DNA of 64,000 nucleotides from Chiloscyllium plagiosum. Taxonomy: Eukaryota. A program made the translations under genes and the position numbers. Location of the stretch: the NCBI RefSeq assembly GCF_004010195.1, contig NC_057718.1:2676996-2740995 (forward strand). Direction: 5' to 3'. Numbering within the stretch: the first letter of the stretch is position 1; every line of letters begins with the position of its first letter. Under the pieces are notes generated by a model that was not told the DNA's origin, made no database searches, and worked only from the letters and a program-made list of their open reading frames with translations. This document shows, piece by piece, positions 25,201-34,875 of this stretch.

Positions 25201-28200
25201 NNNNNNNNNNNNNNNNNNNNNNNNNNNNNNNNNNNNNNNNNNNNNNNNNNNNNNNNNNNNNNNNNNNNNNNNNNNNNNNNNNNNNNNNNNNNNNNNNNNN
25301 NNNNNNNNNNNNNNNNNNNNNNNNNNNNNNNNNNNNNNNNNNNNNTGGGTAACCTTGTCGAATGCCTTACTGCAGTCCATATAGATATCTACTGCTCTGC
25401 CCTCATCAATCTTCTTTGTTACTTCTTCAAAAAACTCAATCAAGTTTGTGAGACATGATTTCCCATGCACAAAGCCATGTTGACTATCCCTAATCAGTCC
25501 TTGCCTTTCCAAATACATGTACATCTTGTCCCTCAGGATTCCCTCCAACAACTTGCCCACCACCGAGATCAGGCTCACTGCTCTATAGTTCCCTGGCTTG
25601 TCCTTACCACCCTTCTTAAATAGCGGCACCACGTTAGCAAACCTCCAGTTTTCTGGCACCTCACCTGTGACTATCGATGATACAAATATCTCAGCAAGAG
25701 GCCCAGCAATCACTTCTTTAGCTTCCCACCGAGTTCTCGGGTACACCTGATCAGGTCCTGGGATTTATCCACCTTTAACCGTTTCAAGACATCCAGCATT
25801 TCCTCCTCTCTAATCTTGACATTTTGCAAGATGTCACCATCTTTTTCCCTACAGTCTATATCTTCCATATCCTTTTCCACAGTAAATACTGATGCAGAAA
25901 ATTGTCTTGTACGCACTTAAGAAATTCCTCTCCTTCTAAACCTTTAAACTATGGCAGTCCCAGTCAATGTTTGGAAAGTTAAAATCCCCTACCAAAATTT
26001 CCCTATTATTCTTCTAGATAGCTGAGATCTCCTTACAAGCTTGTTTCTCAATTTCCCTCTGACTATTGGGGGGGTCTATAATACAATCCCAATAAGGTGA
26101 TCATCCCTTTCTTATTTCTCAGTTTCACCCAAATAACTTTCCTGGATGTATTTTCGGGAATATCCTCCCTCAGCACAGCTGTAATGCTATCCCTTATCAA
26201 AAATGCCACTCCACCCCCTCCTCTCTTGCCTCCCTTTCTATCCTTCCTGTAGCATTTGTGTCCTGAAACATTAAGCTGCTAGTCCTGCCCACCCCTGAGC
26301 TATGTTTCTGTAATTGCTATGATATTGCATGCCCTGAGTTCATCTGCCTTCCCTGTTAGGCTCCTTGCATTGAAATAAATGCAGTTTAATTTATTAGTCC
26401 TACCTTCTCCCTGCCTGCCCTGACTGTTTGACTCACTTCTGTACCAGTCTTAGATTGATCTCTTTCCTCACTATCTCCCTGGGTCCCACCTCCCCCACCT
26501 TACTAGTTTAAATCCTCCCAAGCAGTTCTAGCAAATTTCCCTGCCAGTATATTAGTCCCCTTCCAATTTAGGTGCAATCCGTCCTTCTTGTACAGGTCAC
26601 TTCTACCCCAAAAGAGATTACAATGATCCAAAAATGTGAATCCTTCTCCCATACACCAGCTCCTCAGCCATGCATTCATCTGCTCTATCCTCCTATTCCT
26701 GTCCTCACTAGCTTGTAGTGCGGGGAGTCATCCAGATATTGCTACTCTCAAGGACCTCCTTTTTAAATTTCTGCCTAACTCTGTAATCTCCCTTCAGAAT
26801 CTCAACCTGTTCCCTTCGTGCATCGTTGGTTCCAATGTGGACAATGGAAATGTGTTGCTGGAGAAGCGCAGCAGGTCAGGCAGCACCCTGCCTGCCCTGA
26901 CTGTTTGACTCACTTCTGTTCTCAGCTGTACCCATCTCAGATCGATCTCTTTCCTCACTATCTCCCTGGGTCCCCCCCCCCCCCCCACCTTACTAGCTTA
27001 AATCCTCCCACGCAGTTCTAGCAAATTTCCCTGCCAGTATATTAGTCCCCTTCCAATTTAGGTGCAATCCGTCCTTCTTGTACAGGTCACTTCTACCCCA
27101 AAAGAAATTCCAATGATCCAAAAATGTGAAACCTTCCCCCATACACCAGCTCTCCAGCCATGCACTCATCTGCTCTATCCTCCTATTCCTGCCCTCACTA
27201 GCTCATAGTAATCCAGATATTACTACCCTTGAGGACCTCCTTTTTAAATTTCTGCCTAACTCTCTGTAATCTCCCTTCAGAGTCTCAACCTTTTCCCTTC
27301 CTATATCGTTGGTTCCAATGTGGACAATGACATCTTGCTGGCCCCTCTCTCCTGTGAGAACATTCTGCACCCTCTCTGAGACATCCTTGATCCTGGCACC
27401 AGGGAAACAACACACCATTCTGCTTTTTCTCTGCTGGCCACAGAAACGTCTGTCTGTACCTCGGACTATAGAATCTCCTCACACAATTGATCTCTTGGAA
27501 GCCGACGTACCTCTCATTGGATTAAAGCCAGTCTCAATACCAGACACTTAGCTGTTTGTGCTACGTTCCCCTGAGAATCCATCACCCCCTACATTTTCCA
27601 AAATAGCATACCTGTTTGAAATTGGTATATCCACAAAAGACTCCTGCCCTAGGTGCTTACCTCTCTTACCCTTCCTGGAGTTAACCCATCTATATGACTG
27701 TATCTGAGACTTTCCCCCCTTCCTATAACTGCCATCCATCACATGTTGCTGTTGCAAATTCCTCATCGCTTCTATTTGTCTCTCCAACCGATCCACTCGA
27801 TCTGATAAGATTTGCATCCAATAATATTTATGGTAGATACAATCCACAGTAACCCTGAAACTCTCTTTAAACTCCCACATCTGACAAGAAGTACATATCA
27901 CTGCAAAGGCCATTTTTGCTTCTTCACAATCTACAGACCCAGAAAATAACACCGTCTTATTACTCTACAAACACTGCACCAGGTTAAATGAATAGCTATG
28001 GCTTATATTTTAAGTTTATTCAAGAGGCTTATCTCCAAAAACATATAATCAAGAAAGAACCCACTGTACTCACTAATACAGCCTTTTTCTTGGACAGAAT
28101 TAAAACAACAATTAACTTATCTGATTCTGTGCTGTGAACTTCGCCCAAACTGGTTCCTCCAAGATTAGTTGTGAAATTCACTGTTTGTTAATTTTCCTAA

Positions 28201-31200
28201 ATGTACTCCGATGTCCAGCGACACATGAGTTCAAAAACAGCAAAGGCAGTAACTATGCGGGTTCTCTCTCTCTCTCTCCTGCACTGATCTCACCATGTGC
28301 TTCCTTTGTCTGCTCTTCTCCCTTTTAAAACTGCTGTTGTTTTGACCTTTTTTCTTCCAAAGTTCCAAACAATGCAACAGCATATAAAACAGTAATTGCT
28401 TCACCTGGAATTCGAGGAAATCACCTCCAACACCTAAAATACCTCAAAAAAACGAGCAGCTCTTACAGCCAGAAATTCTTCCCGTCCTCCATCTTGGATT
28501 ACCCAGAATCTTGATGAACTTCTGCCCATTTCTCATCTGTCTGAATACGTGATGGTCTCCATTTCCTCAGTAAGACATCATTTTAAGATAATAATGTTCA
28601 GGGATAGATTCAGATTATTTTTCTATGTACGCCTTTTGATACAATTGCTCTAAATTTACTGCTGTAACTCAGTTAATTTATCTGAGTTAAGACGTCTGCA
28701 TTACGACCTATCTGCTCCCTGTTTGTGTCAATCATCTGAATAAACATGGTCTCTGCTAATCCCACTTCAACTTTCTTACCTGAACTCTTTGTTCTCTCTG
28801 TTTCAACTGGTGACTTTGTGACCTCAATTCCTCGCAGTCAAGAAAAATTCCAGGATATGTGTCCTGCAGTCGTTCAGTTGCCTAAGTTTCCACTGGCTGT
28901 CCAATCACCATAGGTAGCATTCCCACCTGTGAACCAGCTGTATCATTAGCAAGGACAAATTGTATTCCTAGAGCTGAGAGTTTGTCCAGTCTTCCTGCCA
29001 TGACTTCTCCATTCTTCACTGGACACTTGAAGCTCACTTTACATAATTGTGCACTTCTTGTCTCCCATTGAATTCCCGGTACTTGCACCTTTTCTGGCAA
29101 TAGTCCTTCAGAAGGACATATCTCCTCGTCTTTCAGCATCATATATCGAGAGGATCCTGTAATGTATCCTCTTTACCTGGCCGAGGCAGGTAAACTTTAC
29201 CTTCACAGGTATATGGTTTAAGAAGATCTGGGCACTTCCTCCTTAACCAATCTCCGACCAGCTCGTACATTCTGATGCAGCTTTCTAGCCTCCACTGTGC
29301 TTTCTGTTATCACCCCAACAAAAGTCACTGACTTATCCTGTTTTCCTATATCTGGTTTCCCAGTGTTTTTCCTAACCTACCAACACTAATTTCACGTGAC
29401 TTTATTGTAGTGAAAACACTGAAGCTCTTTAATTTCTCTGTCCCCTTCAATGATTTCCTTTTTAACCAGGGGCAAGTTATCCTTATGATCATTACTGAGA
29501 TGTACCAAACTTAGCTTTATGAACCAGCTCATAATCACCAGCCATTTCAGCTGCTAATCTTGCCGTTTTAACTCTGCTCTTCCACATGAGTTCTCACTAC
29601 TTCTAGAAGTGAATTTTTAGACTCCTCCAAAAGAATTGTCTCTCTAAGAGAGTCATAGTTTTGCTCTGTTTTTAATGCCCTTATCCAATATCAAAATTAT
29701 TTTGTTTGCAGGCTCCCACCTTATATTCCTGAAACATTGCCTGTCTGCTTCTGGCATAAGCTCATCTGCACCTAAGGTGGCTTTCTTCACCTCCTCTTAT
29801 GCCCCAGATAGCTCCTCTGATAGTGATGTGAATACATCACTGGCCCTTCCTACAAATTTTGTTTGGATCAACAAAGGAGAAAGTGAGGACTGCAGATGCT
29901 GGAGACCAGAGTTGAAAAATGTAGTGCTGGAAAACACAGCAAGCCAGGCAGCATCCGAGGAGCAGGAGAATCGACATTTCGAGAATTCCTGAAGAAGGGC
30001 TTATGCCCGAAACGTGGATTTTCCTGCTCCTCGGATGCTGCCTGGCCGGCTGTGTTTTCCAGCTCTAGATTTTTCAACTTTGGATCAACAAAACCCACTT
30101 CGACACTGGCCACCGTATTTGTTTAGCCACTTTTTCAAATGAGATGAAAAAAGCTTCCACATTGTTCTCATCAAATTCGGCAATGCTTGAATATATTTAA
30201 ACAATTTCTCAACAGGGGTTTGCTCATCCTCACCCTCTTCCTCATTCAGCTTACCTTCACTCTTCAGCCTCATCCTTTTAAGCTGACTTCCCCGTCTTGT
30301 TGCCAATTTCTGAAATTCAAGCTCCCTCTTTTTCTTCCTTTCCTCTCTCTACTTTTCTATCTCTTCTCACTCACTTTCTCTCACTCTTTCTTGCTCTTCT
30401 CTCCCTCTCTCTCTTCTCCTTTTCTCTCGCTTCCCTTTTTTTGTTCTTTAAAACAATTTGTTCTTTTACTTGTTGCTCTGTTGAAACGATTCGTTCTTTT
30501 TAGCTTTCCTCTGCTTTTAATTGGAATTCAAACTATTATATTTTAATTGAATTCTCTAAAGATTCCGGTGGCATTTCCGGCAAATGTAAATACTGAGTTA
30601 TTGCTGTAATTATCTCTCCTTTCCTCACGGAAGGAGGCAGCCAAAAGAGAAACCAAAAGAGAAAATGCGGGGAAAATCTCAGCAGGTCTGGCAGCATCTG
30701 TAAGGAGAGAAAAGAGCTGACATTTCGAGTCTAACTGATCCTTTGTTAGACTCGAAATGTCAGCTCTTTTCTCTCCTTACGGATGCTGCCAAACCTGCTG
30801 AGATTTTCCAAGGATCAACATTGACCTGCTTCTTTGGGGTCCAGCAACTTTTTCAACTCTACTGTGTGAAAACCAAACCAAACCAGACGGAAGCTGAGCT
30901 GGGAGGACTGGCCACTCCCCTCTCATTGTACAAATGTTTGTTTTTTAAAATATAAAAGTCTTTTGCCTGAGGCAGTATCAGTGAGCTGTAATCAAACTAG
31001 CCCTAAAACCCATCCAAACCCAGACTTTTCAGAGTCTGTGTTATTATGACGTTGCTGAAAAAAATAATCCAAGGACAACAAAACCTTGCTGAAGGTTCAG
31101 CATCATCACACGCTCACGCTGAGAACTGGCTCTGAGGGAGATGGATCAGTGTCAAGGACTCTGCACATGTAAATAAAGAGTGACTTCTTGATGAGGTACC

Positions 31201-34200
31201 GGCCTCTGTGGAGTTACTTCATCTCTCATGGTCACTGGGTCAAAATCCTGAAATTCCCCCTGTAAGGGCATTGTGGATCTACCTACAGCACATGGACTGC
31301 AGCAATTCAATTCACCACTAGTAATAACAACATTAATAATAATAATAAAGGTGAAAATAGTGATGACAATGGTGATGATGTTGATGGTATCAGCAGAATC
31401 TTTAGAAATGTCTCCTATGACTCAGCAGAGAATCAACATGGCTTCATGAAGGATAAATAATGCCGGACAACTTTACTGGAATGCTTTGATGAGGTGAGAA
31501 GCAGGATAGATAAAGGGGATCCAGTCGATAACACAGTTTAATTTACAAAATGCTTGATGGAATCCCACATAGTGTGGAAACAGGCCCTTTGGCCCAATAA
31601 CTCCACAGAGACCCTCCGAAGAGTAACCCACCCAGAGCCATTCCTGTATCCTATTTTCACCCCTGACTAATGCACCTAACCTGAACACTATGGATAAGTC
31701 AGCATGGCCAATTCACCAAATCTGCACATCTTTGTTCTGTAGGAGGAAACTGGAGCACCCAGAAAAAAACACACACAAACATGGAGAGAATGTGCAAGCT
31801 CCACACAGAGAGTTACCTGACATTGGAATCGAACCCAGGTACCTGGCAATGTGAGGCAGCAGTGTTAACCACTGAGCCACCATGCTGCCCATAACCACCT
31901 TTGGTAAGGTACCATACATTAAGGGACTTAATACAACAAGAGTCCTTAGTATTGCAGATGGTAAAGACAAAGGATTTACGAACTAACATTGCAGAGAGTT
32001 GGGATAAATGTAGTATTTTCAGGGGGGGGCAATTCTCAGATTAAATGCTTATCCTGAGGCCCCTTATTTCTAAACAGTCCAAAACTATCACTTTTCAGCA
32101 GGAAAACATGAGTTATATATTTAATACCCACCAGGATTCTGTGAATGAGAAAAATCAGGCTTTCCGAGTAATATGTGCTTCTTTGAAATGAAAAACAATC
32201 CAATTCCATCAACCTGTAAGCACCCTAATGGTTTCAATGTTTACTCTGCCTGCTCATAAGATTCCCCCCATGCAAACAATTTCCCATTCCCACTCCAAGA
32301 ACTATGTCTGTCAGATTGATGTCTTCTTAAAAAAATCATCACTCCAGCAACATTGTCATTGTAATCTTTAAATCCTCTCATACACACAAAGACCAAAACC
32401 TACATGTCACTCGTTCAGAATTCAAACTCGATACTAAATGATATTAAATTTTCATAGAAACCAATCACCTCACATAAGTGTTTAGACTCTCATGTGGGGA
32501 GTGCACTAGTATTCAAGCCCCAGTTAACCACAAGTCATACTAAATCTGTTACTGAATCAACACTGCAGCCAATTTGTCTATTTTCTGTCCTCAAATCCAA
32601 ACTAAACAAAAAGCAGGTTGATTAATAACATCAAACATGGCATTGATTATCAGCAAGACAGATTCTTGAAATAAGCAGAAAATGTGAACAACAGCTGCAT
32701 TTCTATTTGAGATTAAACTATATCCCATTAATCTAAAACATACATTCATTCACAGACAGGACAACACGGTTCTGCAGAAATAGTTACTGCTGTTTCTCGA
32801 AATAAATTCTGAAAGAAAGACCATCCCAGTGCATCAAGGATATCACATCAGAAATTAGAATGTGCTGACATCTCAGAATTTCTTCAGTTTCATGTGAATT
32901 GGGTGAAATCAGTGCTTTTTTTTTGCTACAGAACTTTAAAGAACGGTTCTTACACATTTCATGATTTTCTTTAGCTCTGTCTGCTCCTGCACACCCATTA
33001 GAATTGAACTTTTAAATAAAATTGTCTCCATTGCTCTTATTTCTCCAACCAGTCTGAGTATTCTCACATCTCTCCGCACTACATCTGATCTGCTATTGGC
33101 TGCTGCTACAACACGGGGTAACCCCACTGATAATTTAAACCAGCAACACAGAAATGATTAAACCCGTGCTGTAATCTTTAAAATTTGAGAGGCCAAGAAC
33201 TATCCCAAAGATCACTATTTAAAGCAAAAATTAATAAAATATTTTTACTTAAAAGTCAAGCAGAGAATAATTAACTGACAATTAGTTACAACTCCTTTAA
33301 CTAACCTATCTTTTACTTTCCCTTCTATAATACTGGACCATTAAGATTAAAATTTACCAAAAGAAATTCAAATTTCAAAACCAGCCACCTGTTGAATCTT
33401 CTCTTTGAGTCTTCCTCTGTCTTCTTTTCTTTTTCTTATGCTTTCTGTTTCACGGGTCATTGATAGATAAAGGTACCTTTAAAAGAGTTATTCTGCAGGC
33501 AGTCTGGATATGCTGGTGGCTTGGCAGTTCATCTCCAACTGTTCAATTTGTTTAATATTTAGACACAAAACATTGGATTGTTGCTTTGGTGTTAATATTG
33601 TCAAAATCGCAAATTCAAATTTGATTGGAGTTTGGTATTTTGGGGCATAATTTAAACTGATTGGCCAAATTTGAATTTCTTAGCAACCCAGGTATTGCTA
33701 GTTGCTGGACCAAATGTTACATTATAAATTTTCCAGTAGTCTGTGTGCTTCTCTAAGTCTTTCACTCTCTGAAAGATACAGTTCACCCTACATCTTCATA
33801 ACACTGCCCACTCTCCCATCCTGGGAGAAGTAGAAGAGAAAGCCCCAGGAACTATGTGAGCTAGGATGGGGTCTGAAGCCAGGCTCTCAGCAACATTCAA
33901 CATGAAGCTCCAGCTAATTATGTTGGAAACTCCTAGATCACTTTTCCCTGGTCAGCTGACTCGGATGGCTGGAGTATAATGTAGAATAATGGCAACATCT
34001 CAGCTTCAAAACCAGTCTCAGCTGTGGGAGCTCATGGAGAGCAACCCTTCCCCCCCCCCCAACCCCCCCTTTCGCAGTTCTTGATGCAGAGTGGTTCCCT
34101 TTAAACTGGATTAAACAATTGGCTCTGGAATGGAGTGAGATGTGTGTGCCCTTTTGTGCTCTGTGATTCATCCCCAATCCCTGAGAGATTCCCCTGCAGA

Positions 34201-34875
34201 TGTGGCACCTCACAGAGCAATCCCCCTGACTCTGCACATCCAGCCTGATGGCACCGGCTCTCTTGTGAAGCAAATGGAATTAATATCACTTGTTCTCCAG
34301 GATAAAGCTCCACATTTCCCACAAATCATTCTCCCAATATCACAAAAATATCCCCTTTCTCCTCCCAGCACCAACACTGAACCGGAGCTCAGCTTCCTCC
34401 CCACAGTGAATCCATCCCCAAGAACACTCTCCATCACCTCCTCAATCTTCTTGATCACAAACTGATCTCCAATTCATTCATTGGCCATGAGGTTATAACT
34501 GAAGTTGATTGTCATGTAAACTCTACTTACTGTCGACAATGAGCAGGCTTCCTCTCCCAAAGATCTTTCCCCAGACTGAGCAGTAATAGACCCCAGTGTC
34601 ACTGGGCTGGACGTTTGTGATGATCAGAATTAAGCTATTAATGGAGGAGTCTCTGAAAGGCTGGAATCGCTCAGTGAACCCTGGACTCCATTGTGTGGAC
34701 CCATTTCCTGGATGTGTTAAAACCTGCTCCATAATTTGTTCTGGGGACAGTCTGCACCAATGAACATCGGTGTGTGTCACTGTGGCGTTCCTCATGGTGC
34801 ACTGTAACTCAGCCGTGTGACCTTCGGTGACACGTTCCAGACTCGGAGACTGGAGAACGACTGGGCCAGTTATGC
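7112..34875 (-). CDS. Spliced gene model: multi-V(J)-domain IgSF type I membrane receptor with ITIM-bearing tail (V1-V2-V3-V4-TM-cyt1-cyt2-cyt3); leader exon not confidently located
   Basis: Eight exons with canonical AG/GT sites and chained phases: 1-1 (345 nt), 1-1 (345), 1-1 (345), 1-1 (348), 1-2 (151), 2-1 (44), 1-0 (44), 0-stop (123). The sum of 1745 nt plus 1 nt from an upstream exon is 582 codons with no internal stop. Inclusion of V1 across the 14.3 kb TE-filled intron is inferred. Confidence 0.8.
7255..7600 (-). mobile_element. DeuSINE/SacSINE1-like ancient SINE in the last intron
   Basis: Reverse complement resembles the Deu central domain (gagagagtactgctc...ggatgtaaaacatcctgggcattag...gcagagaggttctgc). 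Confidence 0.5.
8261..8304 (-). CDS. Cytoplasmic exon 2
   Basis: Acceptor ttctgttttctttcag|AT, donor GTG|gtaagg, 44 nt, phase 1-0. Translates DRTRSSERAAVPPVV. Confidence 0.78.
9158..9424 (+). mobile_element. HE1-type V-SINE
   Basis: tRNA-like head (gtggttagcactgctgcctcacagcgccagagacccggattcaattc) plus V core (gtgtggagtttgcacattctcccc..gggtttcctccgggtgctccggtttcctcccacagtccaaaga). Confidence 0.88.
9595..9866 (-). mobile_element. HE1-type V-SINE (older copy)
   Basis: Reverse-complement match to the same V-SINE consensus. Confidence 0.8.
10200..10243 (-). CDS. Cytoplasmic exon 1 with canonical ITIM (IVYTTV)
   Basis: Acceptor ttgcatttatttag|G, donor AATG|gtaagc, 44 nt. Phase 2-1 exactly bridges the TM exon and the next exon. 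Translates (G)SPVEDQNIVYTTVN. Confidence 0.82.
10499..10804 (+). mobile_element. HE1-type V-SINE
   Basis: Full head, V core and (aatct)n tail. Confidence 0.9.
11985..12490 (+). mobile_element. CR1-type LINE 3' fragment
   Basis: RMRGD.IETY..., SRARGHSLRI...FKTEMRRNF...LWNSL motifs and a CR1 3' UTR. Confidence 0.8.
13229..13379 (-). CDS. Stalk + transmembrane exon
   Basis: Acceptor gatattttacag|AA, donor CAAGG|gtaaat. Translates EESSHGIPWTSDSILIIGTILGFTVLICIVLLTFFLWKQKLCSSVKDSSQG: a 24-residue uncharged hydrophobic stretch followed by KQK. This frame is not in the ORF track. Confidence 0.88.
13936..14283 (-). CDS. Exon V4: divergent membrane-proximal V-set Ig domain
   Basis: Acceptor ttttctcttcaatatgaacag|AC, donor ACTG|gtaagt, 348 nt. 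Translates DPLADPVLIQDPVVSKVAEGETVEFECAMNN...VHWHYQRPG...DTAVYSCSVWSYIYGAGSQLIVT. Confidence 0.92.
16350..16615 (+). mobile_element. Penelope-like element 3' end with hammerhead core
   Basis: Pyrimidine-rich pLTR region, then CTGAAGAAGGGCTCATGCCCGAAACGTT (16527-16554) and the ggatgttgcctgacctgct terminal motif. Confidence 0.7.
17730..18074 (-). CDS. Exon V3: V-set Ig domain with joined J-like G strand
   Basis: Acceptor gttttctgttaaag|AT, donor ACAG|gtaagt, 345 nt. Translates DVNVPVLHQSPSLERVTEAHTARLQCTMRNASV...VHWDR...DTGVYYCKAWGDISGNGTQLNVT. Confidence 0.92.
18580..19210 (+). mobile_element. Penelope-like element fragment (GIY-YIG endonuclease C-terminus)
   Basis: ORF 18633-18878 KHRLGDPFSEHL...CHSNT...SKLEQQHLIFHLVTLQPSGINIE matches the typical PLE endonuclease end. 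Confidence 0.8.
19210..19600 (+). mobile_element. Gmr1-like integrase fragment
   Basis: CYCLKDKILMR, VHQVV, PLIPMTTFEETFSRVLLDC; homologous to 978-1649. Confidence 0.7.
19890..20234 (-). CDS. Exon V2: V-set Ig domain with joined J-like G strand
   Basis: Acceptor ctttttctttaaag|GC, donor ACTG|gtaagt, 345 nt. Translates ITGPVLLQSPSLERVTEGHTARLQCTMRN...VHWYR...DTGVYYCSVLENIYGTGSQLNIT. Confidence 0.92.
20722..20975 (+). mobile_element. Short poly(A)-tailed retroposon with 11-bp TSD
   Basis: aacaggagtgt at 20711-20721 and 20976-20986; internal AATAAA and A-tail; inserted in a short LTR that starts tgtaatgaag at ~20618. Confidence 0.7.
21845..22022. mobile_element. Palindromic Penelope-type terminal insertion with 11-bp TSD
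   Basis: Near-perfect inverted repeat (aaagttaaaaatcacacaataccaggttatagtccaacaggtttaattggaagcacacta and its complement). TSD cgacaatgtat at 21834-21844 and 22023-22033. Absent at the mirror site ~63580. Confidence 0.75.
24497..28510 (-). mobile_element. Near-full-length CR1 LINE (ORF1 zinc finger/coiled coil + SGNH esterase; ORF2 APE + RT) nested in the Gypsy integrase
   Basis: ORF1 MAFAVICTSCQMWE... and VCCFPGARIKDV..VIVHIGTNDIGR (esterase blocks II/III). ORF2 VPLFKKG.KDKPGNYR..SQHGF..GKSCLTNLIEFFE..YMD..KAFDKV. (ctctatga)n tail. The empty site caacttgatg is seen at ~60241. Confidence 0.9.
24823..25345. other. Assembly gap inside CR1 RT
   Basis: 523 N. Confidence 0.97.
29876..30078. mobile_element. 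Penelope-derived palindromic insertion with 14-bp TSD and hammerhead core
   Basis: TSD tttggatcaacaaa at 29862-29875 and 30079-30092; core CTGAAGAAGGGCTTATGCCCGAAAC at 29989-30013; single-copy empty site at ~59070. Confidence 0.8.
30645..30812. mobile_element. Penelope-derived palindrome at a deletion junction
   Basis: ggaaaatctcagcaggtctggcagcatc...gatgctgccaaacctgctgagattttcc inverted repeat. It joins gag directly to the LTR, whereas the mirror copy keeps ~57910-58530. Confidence 0.65.
31570..31890 (-). mobile_element. HE1-type V-SINE (mirror copy at 56878-57175)
   Basis: Reverse-complement V-SINE head and core. Confidence 0.8.
33104..33803 (-). mobile_element. Solo LTR of the same family as the 3826-4562 LTR
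   Basis: TG...CA termini (tgctaca...cataaca), 4-bp TSD ctgc (33100-33103, 33804-33807), alignable to 3826-4560. Mirror copy at ~55020-55676. Confidence 0.8.
34531..34875 (-). CDS. Exon V1: V-set Ig domain with joined J-like G strand
   Basis: Acceptor tttttctttgaag|GC, donor GACA|gtaagt, 345 nt, phase 1-1. Translates xITGPVVLQSPSLERVTEGHTAELQCTMRN...VHWCR...DTGVYYCSVWGKIFGRGSLLIVD, with B-strand Cys, C-strand Trp, D-x-G-x-Y-Y-C and FGxG. Confidence 0.9.

Larger units (their letters stand above)
21180..31110 (-). mobile_element. Gmr1-like Ty3/Gypsy element (decayed, near complete) in the V1-V2 intron, with nested insertions
   Basis: 5' LTR remnant ~31110-30810, gag ~30640-29350, PR ~29150, IN ~28600-23500 (split by CR1), RT 23300-22730 (GYWQI, FGM-like LGMKNVPATFQRL, IDD), RNase H 22700-22020, PPT aagggggggaag, 3' LTR 21634-21180. 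Confidence 0.88.

Noticed and set aside
24700-25746. Long ORFs through 24.8-25.3 kb and 47.0-47.5 kb
   Set aside because: Their length comes from N runs; the flanks are CR1 RT fragments.
30187-30546. Leu/Phe/Ser-rich ORFs (also 3142-3369)
   Set aside because: Antisense reading of the GA-rich coiled-coil region of Gypsy gag.
13936-34875. Rearranging Ig light-chain or TCR V/J locus
   Set aside because: V and J-like parts lie in one exon, no RSS was seen, there are no per-V leader exons or C1 exon, and the V exons chain in frame to TM and ITIM exons.
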